Shown: positions 37,255 through 49,849, counted from the stretch's first letter. The stretch: DNA of 64,000 bases from Octopus vulgaris (GCA_951406725.2 OX597818.1:124124001-124188000), one strand, 5' to 3'. Numbers and translations: made by a program. Notes: generated by a model not told the origin, from the letters alone.

Positions 37255-37669
37255 AGGCGGTGAGCTGGCAGAAACGTTAGCGCACTGGGCGAAATGCTTA
37301 GTGGTATTTCATCTGCCGCTACATTCTGAGTTTGAATTCTGCTGAGGTCGACTTTGCCTTTCATCCTTTTGGGGTCGATTAATTAAGTACCAGTTATGCA
37401 CTGGGGTCGATGTAATCGACTTAATCCCTTTGTCTGTCCTTGTTTGTCCCCTCGATGTTTAGCCCCTTGTGGGTAATAAAGAAATAGGTATTTCATCTGC
37501 CGCTACGTTCTGAGTTCGAATTCCGCCGAGGTCAACTTTGCCTTTCATCCTTTCGGGTCGATTAATTAAGTACCAGTTATGCACTGGGGTCGATGTAATC
37601 GACTTAATCCCTTTGTCTGTCCTTGTTTGTCCCCTCTATGTTTAGCCCCTTGTGGGCAATAAAGAAATT
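37255..37669 (+). mobile_element. SINE family B dimer inside an old RTE fragment (about 37000-38150)
   Basis: Flanking repeat agaattagatgaagt; host reads KGRLFEVY..YGTET. Confidence 0.8.
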
Positions 37670-38296
37670 AGAATTAGATGAAGTTCAGAGAATCTTAACA
37701 TCTATTGACAACAAAGGGCAGATTATTTGAAGTTTATGCATGAAGTATGATTTCATATGGTACAGAGACATGAGAGATTGAATGCAGAGGAAGTGTAAAG
37801 GCTGGAAAGAAATTAAAGCAAGCATGCTTCATTGGATTATAATGTCAGCATGTGTGAATGATGAAGTAGGAGATGAGAGAGAAAATGGAAACTGCAACAT
37901 CGAAGAGAAAAAATTACATAAGTATAGACAAGTAATTCATATGAAGAATTATAATGGGGTACAAAAGGGTCAATTGATCTAAGAAGGAGGAGCCTGCAGA
38001 AGAGGAAAACATGTGAAGTGATGGAGGCTGAACTTAAAATTTTGAGCCTAATGCAGATAACAATTTACTTCAACAAATAGTGAAATACTGTTGGAGTAGA
38101 CCTGTACATCCTATTTTGACATGGAAAAACATGTAAAAATTATGCTAGTGATATAAATGATTATTCACTCTGCATTTAGATTCAGTTTGAAACCATTGCT
38201 CAGGAAATATAATATTGAATAAGTATTACTGTTTATGCAAAAGATCCCTTAACTTCTTTTTTGAAGTAAACTAATCAAGACTTAGACCAAGGAAAT

Positions 38297-38356
38297 CCAA
38301 CCCATGCTAGCATGGAAAACGGACGTTAAACGATGATGATGATGATGATGATGATG
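38297..38356 (+). mobile_element. 60-bp RTE 3' end with 72-bp flanking direct repeats
   Basis: Repeats 38225-38296 and 38357-38428 differ at 2 positions. Confidence 0.85.
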
Positions 38357-39189
38357 ATTACAGTTTATGCAAAAGATCCCTTAACTTCTTTTATGAAGTA
38401 AACTAATCAAGACTTAGACCAAGGAAATAACCTTGATGTGATTGTTCAAAGAATATTTTAGAAGATATAAGAGCAGTGAGCTGGCAGAATTATAAGTATA
38501 CCAGGCAAAATGCATAGCAGTATCTTGTTGTTCTGAGATCAAATTGTGCTGAGGCTGACTTTGCCTTTCATCCTTTCAAGGTCAATAAAATAAGTACAAT
38601 TGAGCTGTAGACAAAGGAACTGGAAAAATGGTTAGTCGTAGGCTTGGGAGAGGGTGATGCAGTGGTATGCAACAGATTATTTTTTGAGAAGAGAGAGTGT
38701 TGTATTGGTGGTAAAAGGAAAGAGATCCTGTGTGGGTCAGAGGTTGAAATACATTTGTGACTCCATATCAGTCAAGTGGTCTACACTTGGGCACAGTGTG
38801 TGAAACAGCAACAGCACCATCTCAGGAGCTTCTTCTATAGTTGCTGATCTGTTAAGAACATAACAGTGGGGCCTAGAATTTATAACAATTTCTGTGTGTG
38901 TGTGATTAACTGTATGTTGTATGTTGTTGATGAGGAGGAGGTGTTACAAGACTAGTGTTTCCTTGACATATTTAGAGACTATATCTGTCAAGAATTAGCA
39001 ACCAAATCTACCTCAGATCACATCCTTCTGTTTTGAAAAAGGAAGGACATATTGGTTAACATAATCTTGCTGTGTAGAATAAAGAATGGAACCGTCAGAG
39101 CTGGAACCCCTTTCATCATAGGCAGTGTCATTTTGGGACATGACATACTAAGCAGTTGGCTGGACCTCATGGGTATAGCAAGTGACTTT

Positions 39190-40292
39190 TGTCTGGCTTC
39201 ATGCTCTTGCTTGATGAGGTAGGAGTCATTCCAGGTTAGTGGTCCAGGCATCATGCACAGAGCTGACCAGGTCCATCGTGCTCCCCATTGCAGGTGGTCC
39301 TGTGCCAGCTCCTCTGCATCCTCCATGGTAATGTCGAGCCTCTGGAGATCTTCCCAAATCATGTGCAGCCACCTGTGGTGGGGACTGAAACAAGGCCTCT
39401 TCCAGTCTGCAGCTGCTGCGTTAAATGAGAGTAAAGCCCTAGTAGGACGATCTAGTGGAAGACGGAGGCCATGTCTATACCAGCGCAGGTGACGGATAGC
39501 TATGAGGTGGGACTCCCGTGGGAGGCTGTGGGCTGATGCGTAAACGCGTGCTGTTCTTCGTTGGAAACATTATGGTACCATCAGATGTTCTTGATAGTTC
39601 TCAGGGCTCTACTCTCAAAGCTGTAGATCCTCTTTGTCTGGATCTTCGAGAGGAGCCACGTTTCTGCTCCATACAGGCGAATGGAGAGGACAGGTGCATT
39701 GTAGATGCAGAGCCTTGTATTCTGAGAGATAGAGCAGTGGCACCAAAGGAGCTTCCATAGAGAGTACATGACCCCAGCGGCCAGACCACATCTGCAGTTG
39801 ATATCCGGGTCAGATCTCCACTGTTGGTTACTGTGGAGCCCAGGCAGGCGAAGGAGCTGAAGACGTCGGGGCCAGTATGGAGAGGAGGAGGGCCTTCAAC
39901 ATGCACCAGTTCGGTCTTCGCCCAACTCACTTGAAGACCAAGCTTTGCTGATTCTCCTCTGTAAAGGGTCAGTGCATAGCTGAGCTGGTCTATCGAGTTG
40001 CTGAATCGAGGGTATCGTTGGCAGAAACGTTAGCACGCCGGGCGAAATGCGTAGCCGTATTTCGTCTGCCGTTACGTTCCGAGTTCAAATTCCGCCGAGG
40101 TCGACTTTGCCTTTCATCTTTTCGTGGTCGATAAATTAAGTACCAGTTACGCACTGGGGTCGATATAATCGACTTAATCCGTTTGTTTGTCCTTGTTTGT
40201 CCCCTCTGTGTGTAGTAAAGAAATAGGTATCGTAGAAGACCGACTATCAGGACTGACTCCCCGTCCTCAGTATCGTCCGCATACTCCAGAGA
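39190..40292 (-). mobile_element. RTE-type LINE fragment interrupted by SINE B (about 40019-40225, TSD ggtatcgt)
   Basis: LEYADDT; GLQVSWAKT; CLGSTVTNSG; LYGAETW; RLRWYRH. Confidence 0.85.
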
Positions 40293-40692
40293 GTATAGGA
40301 GTCCAATTCTAATTTGTGTATGCGGTGGTTTGCTGTCGATGAATAAATACTGTCAGTCTCAGTGCATTGACTTGCACAAGGGCATATAATGCTGCTAAGG
40401 CTGCCCTGAATATAGGTCGATCAATGTAGACAATAAAGGCAAAATCTCCTCAATTTATTCTAATTTGAATTTGTTAGAGTGAATACATGAGTTACGTCCC
40501 TTGCTGTACAAAATGGCGTTTCTTCTCGAAAGAATTTGTTTACAAAACGTTATATTTAAAAATAAAACAGCTGTCTTTTTACTTTTTCATTCATATTTAT
40601 ATCGTATATGTATAAATAAATTCAAAAATAAATTCAATTCAAAATAATATATGATTACATTTGAATTTAAATCAAATTTCATGATAGTTAGA

Positions 40693-40700
40693 TATAAATA
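40693..40700 (+). promoter_or_regulatory. TATA element about 30 bp upstream of the 7SL start
   Basis: tataaata at -31 to -24 relative to G40724. Confidence 0.6.
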
Positions 40701-40723
40701 TCCAAATTTTACACCTTATAATC

Positions 40724-41021
40724 GCTGGGAGTTGTGGCGTGCTCCTGTAATCTAGCTACTCGGAGGCTTGGTTGGTTGGCCGGTTTGAGGATGGGAGTAC
40801 TGGTAGTCGGTCATCTATGGCGATCGGGTGTCCGCGCTAAGCTCGGCATCAATATGGTGCTGGAGAGGGAGCTCATCAGGACCAGGTTGTCTAAGGAGGG
40901 TCGCTTCGGCCCAGGGCGGAAACGCAGCAGGCAAAAGGCCCCGTGTCGAGCAGTAGTGGGACCGCGCCTGTGAATAGTTGTCGGATAGCAGCCTGTTTGA
41001 TATAACTGAACACCAATCTAA
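40724..41021 (+). ncRNA. 7SL: 7SL / signal recognition particle RNA
   Basis: About 298 nt. Alu domain gctggg...gtggcgtgctcctgtaatctagctactcggaggct; gatcgggtgtccgcgctaagctcggcatcaatatggtg; helix 6 gag-GGAG-ctc; helix 8 cagg-gcg-GAAA-cgc-agcag; cagtagtgggaccgcgcctgtgaatag. Collinear with recalled metazoan 7SL. Confidence 0.97.
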
Positions 41022-41032
41022 TTTTTTTTTTT
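41022..41032 (+). terminator. Pol III oligo-T terminator of 7SL
   Basis: T11 run immediately after the RNA 3' end. Confidence 0.9.
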
Positions 41033-41262
41033 AAAATTTAATTCTTTCTTTATTTTAAATTTAATTCTTAGCAGCGATAGTAATTTATGACCCATGTATC
41101 TATCTATGTTCTGAGTTCGAATCCTGCTGACGTACTTACGACAGCCAACATCATACTGCATAAACATCTTCCCGCTTCTTTTTTATTTTTATTCTTTTAA
41201 AGATAGTCGGCTGTGATTTTTGGGAAATTTGGGTTTTATTTTTGCCTGATGATGTGATCATA

Positions 41263-41308
<46 letters not shown>

Positions 41309-41801
41309 TCTCTCTCTAAAGAACATTTACAACTAAATTTCCACACACAATCTCTCTCTCTAAAGAACATTTACAACTAAATTTCATTACTAAATCTTTA
41401 ACGATTTGCATTAATATGCATGTTTTTGCTCCTTTCATTTTTTTATCTCTCCAAATCAATGCAATGAGTACCAGTCATGCATTAAAATTGATATTAGCAA
41501 CTGTTTCCTCTCACTCGAACTTTTGGTCATGTACCAATATTAAAAATTCATCATAGTCAAAGCGGTGGATAGTAGTAGGATCGATATAGTCGAAGACAAA
41601 AATATGTCACGGTATTTACTTACGTACCATGACGTTCTGAGCTGAAAGAAGGCCGAAGGGGATTTAGCTTTTAAATATGTAAGATCGACAAAATAAACCA
41701 ACAATCAAATGTTGTACTCTTCCCAAAATGAAACGCTTTGTGCTTACGACAGAAACATTAACTGGATGAAATTGTTAGAAAGAGAAATTATTATTATTCA
41801 T

Positions 41802-42188
41802 GTGGTAAGTAGCTTGTTTACCAACCACATGGTTCCGGGTTCAGTCCCACTGCGTGGCATCTTGGGCAAGTGTCTTCTACTATAGCCGTGGACCGACCAA
41901 AGCCTTGTGAGTGGATTTGGTAGACGGAAACTGAAAGAAGCCCGTCGTATATATGTATATATACATATATGCGTGTGTGTGTCTGTGTTTGTCCCCCTAG
42001 CATTGCTTGACAACCGATGCTGGTGTGTTTATGTCCCCGTTACTTAGCGGTTCGGCAAAAGGAGACCGATAGAATAAATACTGGGCTTACAAAAGAATAA
42101 GTCCCGGGGTCGAGTTGCTCGATTAAAGGCAGTGCTCCAGCATGGCCGCAGTCAAATGACTGAAACTAATAAAAGAGTAAAAAGAGTA
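41802..42188 (+). mobile_element. SINE family A, slightly 5'-truncated
   Basis: Near-consensus copy. Confidence 0.9.
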
Positions 42189-42215
42189 ATGTAGAAGTGT
42201 CTTAAAATGATTATT

Positions 42216-43596
42216 GGACGGAATTCTGGTTTAAGAACCCCCATATAACCCCTCATAACTTTTCTATTTTTGGCAATTTTTAGAAAACTTTTGCGAATCT
42301 GTGTTCTACACATGGTAATTCATATGATTATGCACCCCATCAATTTTCTTTTTTGCATGATTTAAGAGCTATTTAGCTGTTATTTTTGGCACATCTCACG
42401 ACCACCTCATGCCTTCCTCGTTTGTTTGTCAATCTGACGTAGTGATGTTGTTCAATATCTTTCTACCACTAAACACATTTAAGAGTCTATTGCTGGGATT
42501 TAAGCCAAAAATTCGGACCGTCCGTATTTTAAACTCTGATTTGAAAAATAAATCGCAAAATTAAAAAAGATTTTTTTTTTAATTTCGAAAAATTAAAAAA
42601 ATAATAATTTTTTTACAGTCGGATGAATTCCTGTGCGTAGGATACAAATTCCTAAAAAATTTCTGAAAATTCCAAAAAATTTTTTATAAAGTTACGAGGG
42701 GGTACAGTAATCAGTTGCCATATCGCGGTTCACCTATCGCGCCCTCAGTACATCACGGATTTTTCTGGCTAGCATATGTAAATTTACATCGCGTGCTTCT
42801 ACGGCCGATAAATATTTATATTATTTTAGATTTTAATTATTTCTATGGTAAAATAAGCATTTTCACGCCTAAAAATTAATAAATTAATAAATAAAAATAT
42901 AGTATAACACATTAATTAACATTTTTTTTCTTTTATTTGTTTCAGCCATTTGACTGCGGCCATGCTGGAGCACTGCCTTTAGTCGAGCAAATCGACCCCA
43001 GGACTTATTCTTTGTAAGCCTAGTACTTATTCTATCGGTCTCATTTGCCGAACCGCTAAGTTACGGGGACATAAACACAACACAACAGCATCGGTTGTCA
43101 AGCGATGTTGGGGGTACAAACACAAACACATATATATATATACACATATATACGTCAGGCTTCTTTCAGTTTCCGACTACCAAATCCACTCACAAGGCTT
43201 TGGTCGGCCCGAAGCTATAGTAGAAGACACTTGCCCAAGGTGCCACGCAGTGGGACTGAACCCGGAACCATGTGGTTGGTTAGCAAGCTACTTACCTCAC
43301 AGCCACTCCTGCGCCTATATATTAAAAGAAAATACGTAGTGTACCATAGATGAGTAAACAAAGAACCACAAATACAAAATGGCAAACGAAAGTCGGGAGA
43401 TGAGTGTTTGGTGCTGTTTTGCATTAGTAGCAAAATAAATATATACAAATTACAAAAATAATTAAAAATAAATGAATAATACAGTACTGTTTCCACTTTG
43501 CGGATTTTCACCTATCGCGGGGGGACGGGTTGGAACGTAACACCCGCGATAGTCGAGGGATTACTGTATATGGGGTGCTTAAAACAGAATTCCGCC
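42216..43596. mobile_element. Non-autonomous TIR element with nested insertions
   Basis: Left TIR cggaattctggtttaagaacccccatataacccctcataacttt; right TIR split by a nested element; flanks gattatt / gattact. Confidence 0.7.
42705..43566. mobile_element. Tigger/pogo-like MITE containing SINE A (about 42925-43316, minus strand)
   Basis: TA-cagtaatc ... gattactg-TA termini. Confidence 0.75.
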
Positions 43597-43967
43597 GATT
43601 ACTGTTAATAATTTTCAAACCAAGTCAGTCGGGCATACCTACAATAATCTGCTGCCTCCCGACTTTGTTTCCTCATAACTTTCAGAAAACTGGATAATTT
43701 TTAATGAAATTTTCTACAAGTACCATTCAGATGGTATGATTTCCGATTTTCTTGAAATTTGTTGTGAGAAAATTTTCAGAAGGGTTGTGGAGGATTTTTG
43801 GATAATTCACACGCGACGACTTTGTTTCCTCATGCCTTCAGAAAAGTGGACATTTTTTAATGAAATTTTCAACGAATATGTTTCAGATGGTGTAGATTAC
43901 GATTATTTCAGAATTTAATGCAAGAAGAAATAAATAAATAAATAAATAAATATATAAATAAATAAAT

Positions 43968-44389
43968 AGGCGCAGGAGTGACTGTGTGGTAAGTAGCTTG
44001 CTTACCAACCACATGATTCCGGGTTCAGTCCCACTGCGTGGCACCTTGGGCAAGTGTCTTCTACTATAGCCTTGGGCCGACCAAAGCCTTGTGAGTGGAT
44101 TTGGTAGACGGAAACTGAAAGAAGCCCGTCGTATATATGTATATATATATATATGCGTGTGTGTGTTTGTGTGTCTGTGTTTGTCCCCCGAGCATTGCTT
44201 GACAACCGATGCTGGTGTGTTTATGTCCCCGTTACTTAGCGGTTCGGCAAAAAGAGACCGATAGAATAAGTACTGGGCTTACAAAAGAATGAGTCCCGGG
44301 GTCGAGTTGCTCGACTAAAGGCGGTGCTCCAGCATGGCCGCAGTCAAATGACTGAAACAAGTAAAAGAGTAAAAAAAGAGTAAAAGAGT
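43968..44389 (+). mobile_element. SINE family A
   Basis: Full-length copy. Confidence 0.9.
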
Positions 44390-44907
44390 GGGGAATACTG
44401 CCACGAACATTCAAACACAATTTTTTCAAAATTTCATGCTTCCTGTTGTAGAAATACATTTAATGTGTGTCCGTGTGCGCGCCGCCGCCTCCGCTTTTGG
44501 TTTCATGTGCTGCAACATATATTTTCTAGAAAATATATTTATAAATAAGAAAATATACTTTACATAGTTTCACAAAAGTATACTGATTAATCTCTGTACG
44601 TTTCGATGGACGCTTCTGCAATTCATACTTTAAAATCCAGTAGGCAGGATAGAAGCTGTTTTCGGAAAAAATAGCACTGAAGCCCAATATAATTTTGGGA
44701 GTCGCACAGTGAAGGCTTCGAGAGTTGTAGTTTGGCCACAATTGGTCTATGTGACAGCCATGTTTCTCTCAATGAATACCATTCTCTCTTATAATAATGG
44801 CTTTAAATTTCGGGTGAAAGATAAAGTCGCCCTCATCAGGAATTTGAACTCAGAACGTAAAGATGGACGAAAATCCGTTGAGCATTTTGTTCCGCGTGCT
44901 AACGATT

Positions 44908-45317
44908 CTTATTTCTTTATTGCCCACAAGGGGCTAAACATAGAGGGGACAAACAAGGACAGACAAAGGGATAAAGTCGATTACATCGACCCCAGTGTGT
45001 AACTGGTACTTAATTTATCGACCCCGAAAGGATGAAAGGCAAAGTCGACCTCGGCGGAATTTGAACTCAGAACGTAACGGCAGACGAAATACGTATTTCT
45101 TTACTACCCACAAGGGGCTAAACACAGAGAGGACAAACAAGGACAAACGGATTAAGTCGATTATATCGACCCAGTGCGTAACTGGTACTTTATTTAATCG
45201 ACCCCGAAAGGATGAAAGGCAAAGTCGACCTCAACAGGAATTTGAACTCAGAACGTAACGGTAGACGAAATACGGCTCAGCATTTCGCCCGGCGTGCTAA
45301 CGATTCTGTCAGCTCGT
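44908..45317 (-). mobile_element. SINE family B dimer abutting an older B copy
   Basis: One head plus two units. Confidence 0.85.
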
Positions 45318-45549
45318 CACTGATAACAATGAGTTTATTGTATACAGTGCTCAGGTACACAAATGCTCATCGGAAAGTGGGGTAAACGACGGGACAGAAA
45401 GCAGTAGTAAGTCAAGTAAAGAAAGACGGTGATGCAAACCAAAATAACATTGTGCACAGAATAATTCACAAAAAGACATAAAAGTGAAGTGAACAGTAAA
45501 AGAATCTCAAAGAGGCAAAGGTGTACAGACACGTCAAGAGTAATGATGG

Positions 45550-45936
45550 AATGGAAACACTCCGTCGGTTACGACGACGAGGGTTCCGGTTGATCCGAAT
45601 CAACGGAACAGCCTGCTCGTGAAATTAACGTGTAAGTGGCTGAGCACTCCACAGACACGTGTACCCTTAACTTAGTTCTCGGGGATATTCAGCGTGACAC
45701 AGAGAGTGACAAGGCCGGCCCTTTGAAATACAGGTACAACAGAAACAGGAAGTAAGAGTGAGAGAAAGTTGTGGTGAAAGAGTACAGCAGGGATCACCAC
45801 CATCCCCTGCCGGAGCCTCGTGGAGCTTTTAGGTGTTTTCGCTCAATAAACACTCACAACGCCCGGTCTGGGAATCGAAACCGCGATCCTATGACCGCGA
45901 GTCCGCTGCCCTAACCACTGGGCCATTGCGCCTCCA
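45550..45936 (-). mobile_element. SINE family C, full length
   Basis: 13-bp TSD caagagtaatgat (45535-45547 and 45938-45950). Confidence 0.92.
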
Positions 45937-46249
45937 CCAAGAGTAATGATAACGAATTTCGGAAAGAGGTTTTTTTAAATGAATACTTCGGATACTGCTG
46001 TCCGTAGTAAACTATTCAAGAAAAAAATTGGTTGCTGGTATTTCTAACAGGTTCAGCTATTAACTAGAAGTTTCACTTTTTTAAAAAATTCATTTGTAAC
46101 AGATATATGTTACGGGGTTATCCAATGAATATTGCGGTTACAGGTAATGATAGCTAATTATATTTAAACTTCGTGAGATAGTGTGATAAGTACCGAATGA
46201 ATCAACAGAAAAAAGAAAAAGTTATTTTTGAAGCTTCGAATAGTGACAT

Positions 46250-48285
46250 CCTAGTGCCGCATGGACTCCGAAAGGATAATAAAACAATCACCGATCCAGT
46301 GGCAAAGCCACCAACAAGAGTTATCTGCTGAGCTTAATATTGCTAGCAACTACAGAATTTCCAGCTTCTTCTTTAAGATCATGCATCCTATAATCAGGAT
46401 GTCCCTGGGTATTTGTGACAACACGGAGGTCCTCCTCAGTAGAGTCGACGAATGCAACCGCATCACCTACCAGACAGGCAGCGTAATAGGCAGCTTGGAT
46501 GTAATATCCCTAAATCCATCTATCGACGTTGATATTGCCGTGATATTGCATGGTGACGATCAGCGAGAGCGACATGGAGTTCCGTGGTGTTAACATAGAC
46601 AAATATGATTTTAGCCGTTTCTATCTCAACAGACCCTCATGCAAAGATGGAACGAATGGACCAGAGCCATATGGACCCTCGAAAATCATGATCAGACGAG
46701 AAAAATGGTCACGCATGCGATAGGAGCAACTTCTAAAGCTACTCTTAAGAGTTACATGTTTAAGTTCAATATATTTTGTGATACGCCCAATAAAAGAGGG
46801 AAGCCATTGGTGTCAGCATCGTTGGCAACGTAGCCAACCTATTTATAATATGTATTTCTTTATTGCCCACAAGGGGCTAAACATAGAGGGGACAAACAAA
46901 GACAGACAAAGGGATTAAGTCGATTACATCGACCCCAGTGCGTAACTGGTACTTTATTTATCGACCCCGAAAGGATGAAAGGCAAAGTTGACCTCGGCGG
47001 AATTTGAACGCAGAACGTAACGGCAGACGAAATACGGCTACGCATTTCACCCGGCGTGCTAACGATTCTGCCAGCTCGCCGCCGGGACAGAAGACACAAG
47101 GATCGCTTAGTAGAGAGCTCCATAGCCTAAACCATGTACTATCGCTAAGTTGCCATCAACATAGTGGTAAAAGTACTTCCACAAGAGAGTACCCGTGAAC
47201 TTGAACTAGAAGCTAGTACATTGGAAAGTATCCAGTAAATAGTGAACTCCATTCAACAGAGTATTAAGGTAACAATAGACTACCCTACTAAGCTTCCCAA
47301 CCACTGACTACCTGTGTTAGATACAAAACTCTGGCTGAAAATTAAGAATGACAAAGTCCAAATCCTCCATTCGCACTATACCAAACCCATGGCCTCCAAA
47401 TACCTGATCCACCGGAACTCAGCAATTGCAGATGGTACTAAATTCATTATCTTGACAGCAAATTCATTATCTTGTAAGAGTGATGAAAAATGTATCCTGC
47501 AATGTGCAACCCAAGAGATTTAGAGAGAGACATATAACACTTAATCCACCGCATGCAGTTCTCTGAATATAACTAAAGCGACAGAATCACGGTGTGTAAA
47601 GGAGCCATAACAAAATTCAAGACCATCATAGAGAATGACACGAATAGGATCTGCCCGCTATAGAGGAACAAATCATGGAATAGTGTAGAAAAGACTAAGA
47701 CGAAAATAGGGACGGCCAGCTCATGGCATCGCAGCCCAAAATACGAAATCGTCATGTTCGTTGACACTATTCTCTGAGGCGAGTGTGTCATTTCAGAAAA
47801 GCCTTAGGTAAACTGAATCTAAGAATTAAAATAGTAGAAAGGCCAGGAACTCCCATAAAATCCCTAATCAATAGGACCCCTTTGAAAGAAGCTTCTGAAC
47901 TAATAGGAACTGTGTAGTATATAGGGTAAGCCCGCATGTGAACTGCAAAACTAGGAATGCAGTTTATAGGATAAGATGAACCAAAGGACAGTGCAAAAAC
48001 AACGGCGTAGAATAGAGAGACCGCCCGTAGCATAGGATATGAAAGAAAGTAAAAGGACAGGCGAAAAATCAAGGAAGAGAAAAGCTCATCTGTGATATAC
48101 AAACATGACAAATTAGAACACGAAGGCTCGTTAGATAACATTGAAGTTAAGATCTTATCTAAACATCGAACCAACACAACACTCAGAGAGGTTACAGAGG
48201 CTATACACAAAACAAAAAGCAGACTGGACCTCAACAGAAAACACGAATTAAATAGTAATAACCACACCCAATAAGCTAACGAGTG
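46250..48285 (+). mobile_element. Decayed Penelope-like element (RT plus GIY-YIG endonuclease), interrupted by SINE B at 46853-47082
   Basis: SLDVISLNPSI (PLE RT motif); LDTKLW...HYTKPMASKYLIHRNSA; GET-ARS-like segment and KH...EH...VKIL...REVTEAIH...LNRKHE (GIY-YIG C-terminus). Confidence 0.8.
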
Positions 48286-48674
48286 AAGACAGAATAGGGC
48301 ACAGGAAAAAAAAAAACAATAAAAAGGGGAGATACAGATACAAACAGTACAATGTATCCCACCCCACACAAACGCACATATAACATACATACACGTCCCA
48401 AACACACAGGCACACAGACACACACACAGGCACAGACACAGATGCATTCTCAGATAAGGATACATTCTCAGATAAGGAGTAAACAGAATAAGATCAGAAA
48501 GAAAAAAGAGTTACAGTAAAGAAAAAAAAGTTATTGAGGAGGTTACAGAGTGGGTGATAAAAGAGCTTTGACAAAATAACTGATAACCAATAATAGTAAA
48601 GCTGAAGTGAAAACCAAATAGTGCGTATGTTTATTGGAAAAATGACCGTCCCAGAATATAACCCTCTTCCATCA

Positions 48675-49120
48675 TTATCATCATCATCATCGTTTAACGT
48701 CCACTTTCCATGCTGGCATGGGTTAGATGGTTTGACATGGAGCTGGTTAGCAGTGAGCTGTCCAGACTCTGTCAATTGTAGCATGGTTGGCAGAAACGTA
48801 AGCACGCCGAGCGAAATGTGTAGCCGTATTTCGTCTGCCGTTACGTTCTGAGTTCAAATTCCACCGAGGTTGACTTTGCTTTTCATCCTTTCGGGGTCGA
48901 TAAATTAAGTACCAGTTATGCACTGGCGTCGATATAATCCACTTAATCCCTTTGTCTGTCCTTGTTTGTCCCCTCTGTGTTTAGCCCCTTGTGGGTAGTA
49001 AAGAAATAGGTTTCTACGCCTGGGTACCCTTCCCTACGCCAGGTCAATACACTTAACAGAGTATTTTGGGTGCTTTTTACGTGCCACCGGCACAGGTGGT
49101 TTTTGAGTGGCACCGACACC
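48675..49120 (-). mobile_element. D-type RTE 3' end with nested SINE B (about 48788-49008, plus strand)
   Basis: B inserted at the ggtttc site of D. Confidence 0.75.
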
Positions 49121-49849
49121 TGAAAATAAATGCTTAGTTCTGAGTTCAAATCTCGCCGAAGTTAACTTTACTTCTCAGTCATTCTGGGTCGATTAAAAAA
49201 AAAAAAAGTACCTGTCAAATACTGGGGCCAATATAATCAGCTTGCCTCTAACCCCTCGAAATTGCTAGCCTTGTGAGAAAATTAGAAAGAATATTTTCTG
49301 TTTAAATCATGTCAGCGTCAATTCTTGCCTTTGTATTTTCGAGAGTCAATTAGCTCCAGTAATACACTGTTTTCGCTTCAACTTGTAACTTTGGGACAAT
49401 ATTATGGTGTATTTTCTTGTACGTAAGTAGGCAATAACATTTGTCTTTTTCCTTGTACTAACGATGTGTGTATGTGATTTGTTTGAAGACGTTTAAACTG
49501 GCTGTTGAAATTGTAGACAATTTGTCATTCGAAAGATTACAACGAATATCAAGGGCAATAACTCAAATATCTTTCCTCGTGACTTATGTACCCTCAAACG
49601 GAAAATCAAAACTGATGTTCTTTCATGTTGTTTAGAATTGTGATTGTTGGTGTTTAATTCCAGGTCAAAGTTGATCGAACAGACCTTTGGTTAAATCCAT
49701 AACCATTTTCTCTCTTTGCACATCATGGACTTTATCATTTAATGTATCTCTTTTGATTTATAACGGTGTGATTTAAGGAAGATTTTGCTACTCTTTCTGA
49801 CGATTCAAACGCTTACGTGGTCGGGCCTGTGGTACATCTATATATTATT

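Noticed and set aside
38815-38850. Antizyme-like UCC-UGA +1 frameshift site on the minus strand
   Set aside because: Flanking residues do not resemble antizyme.
40514-40650. Plus-strand ORF starting aaaATGGCG
   Set aside because: Short, AT-rich, with no splice donor or recognisable product; better read as a YY1-type motif.
41050-41135. tRNA gene, or an RPS29-like start (minus-strand MGHK...) next to 7SL
   Set aside because: Only a B-box from a decayed SINE; the translation does not continue as RPS29.
41297-41384. Tandem duplication of about 44 bp after (CA)n
   Set aside because: Simple local slippage or assembly duplication with no further structure.
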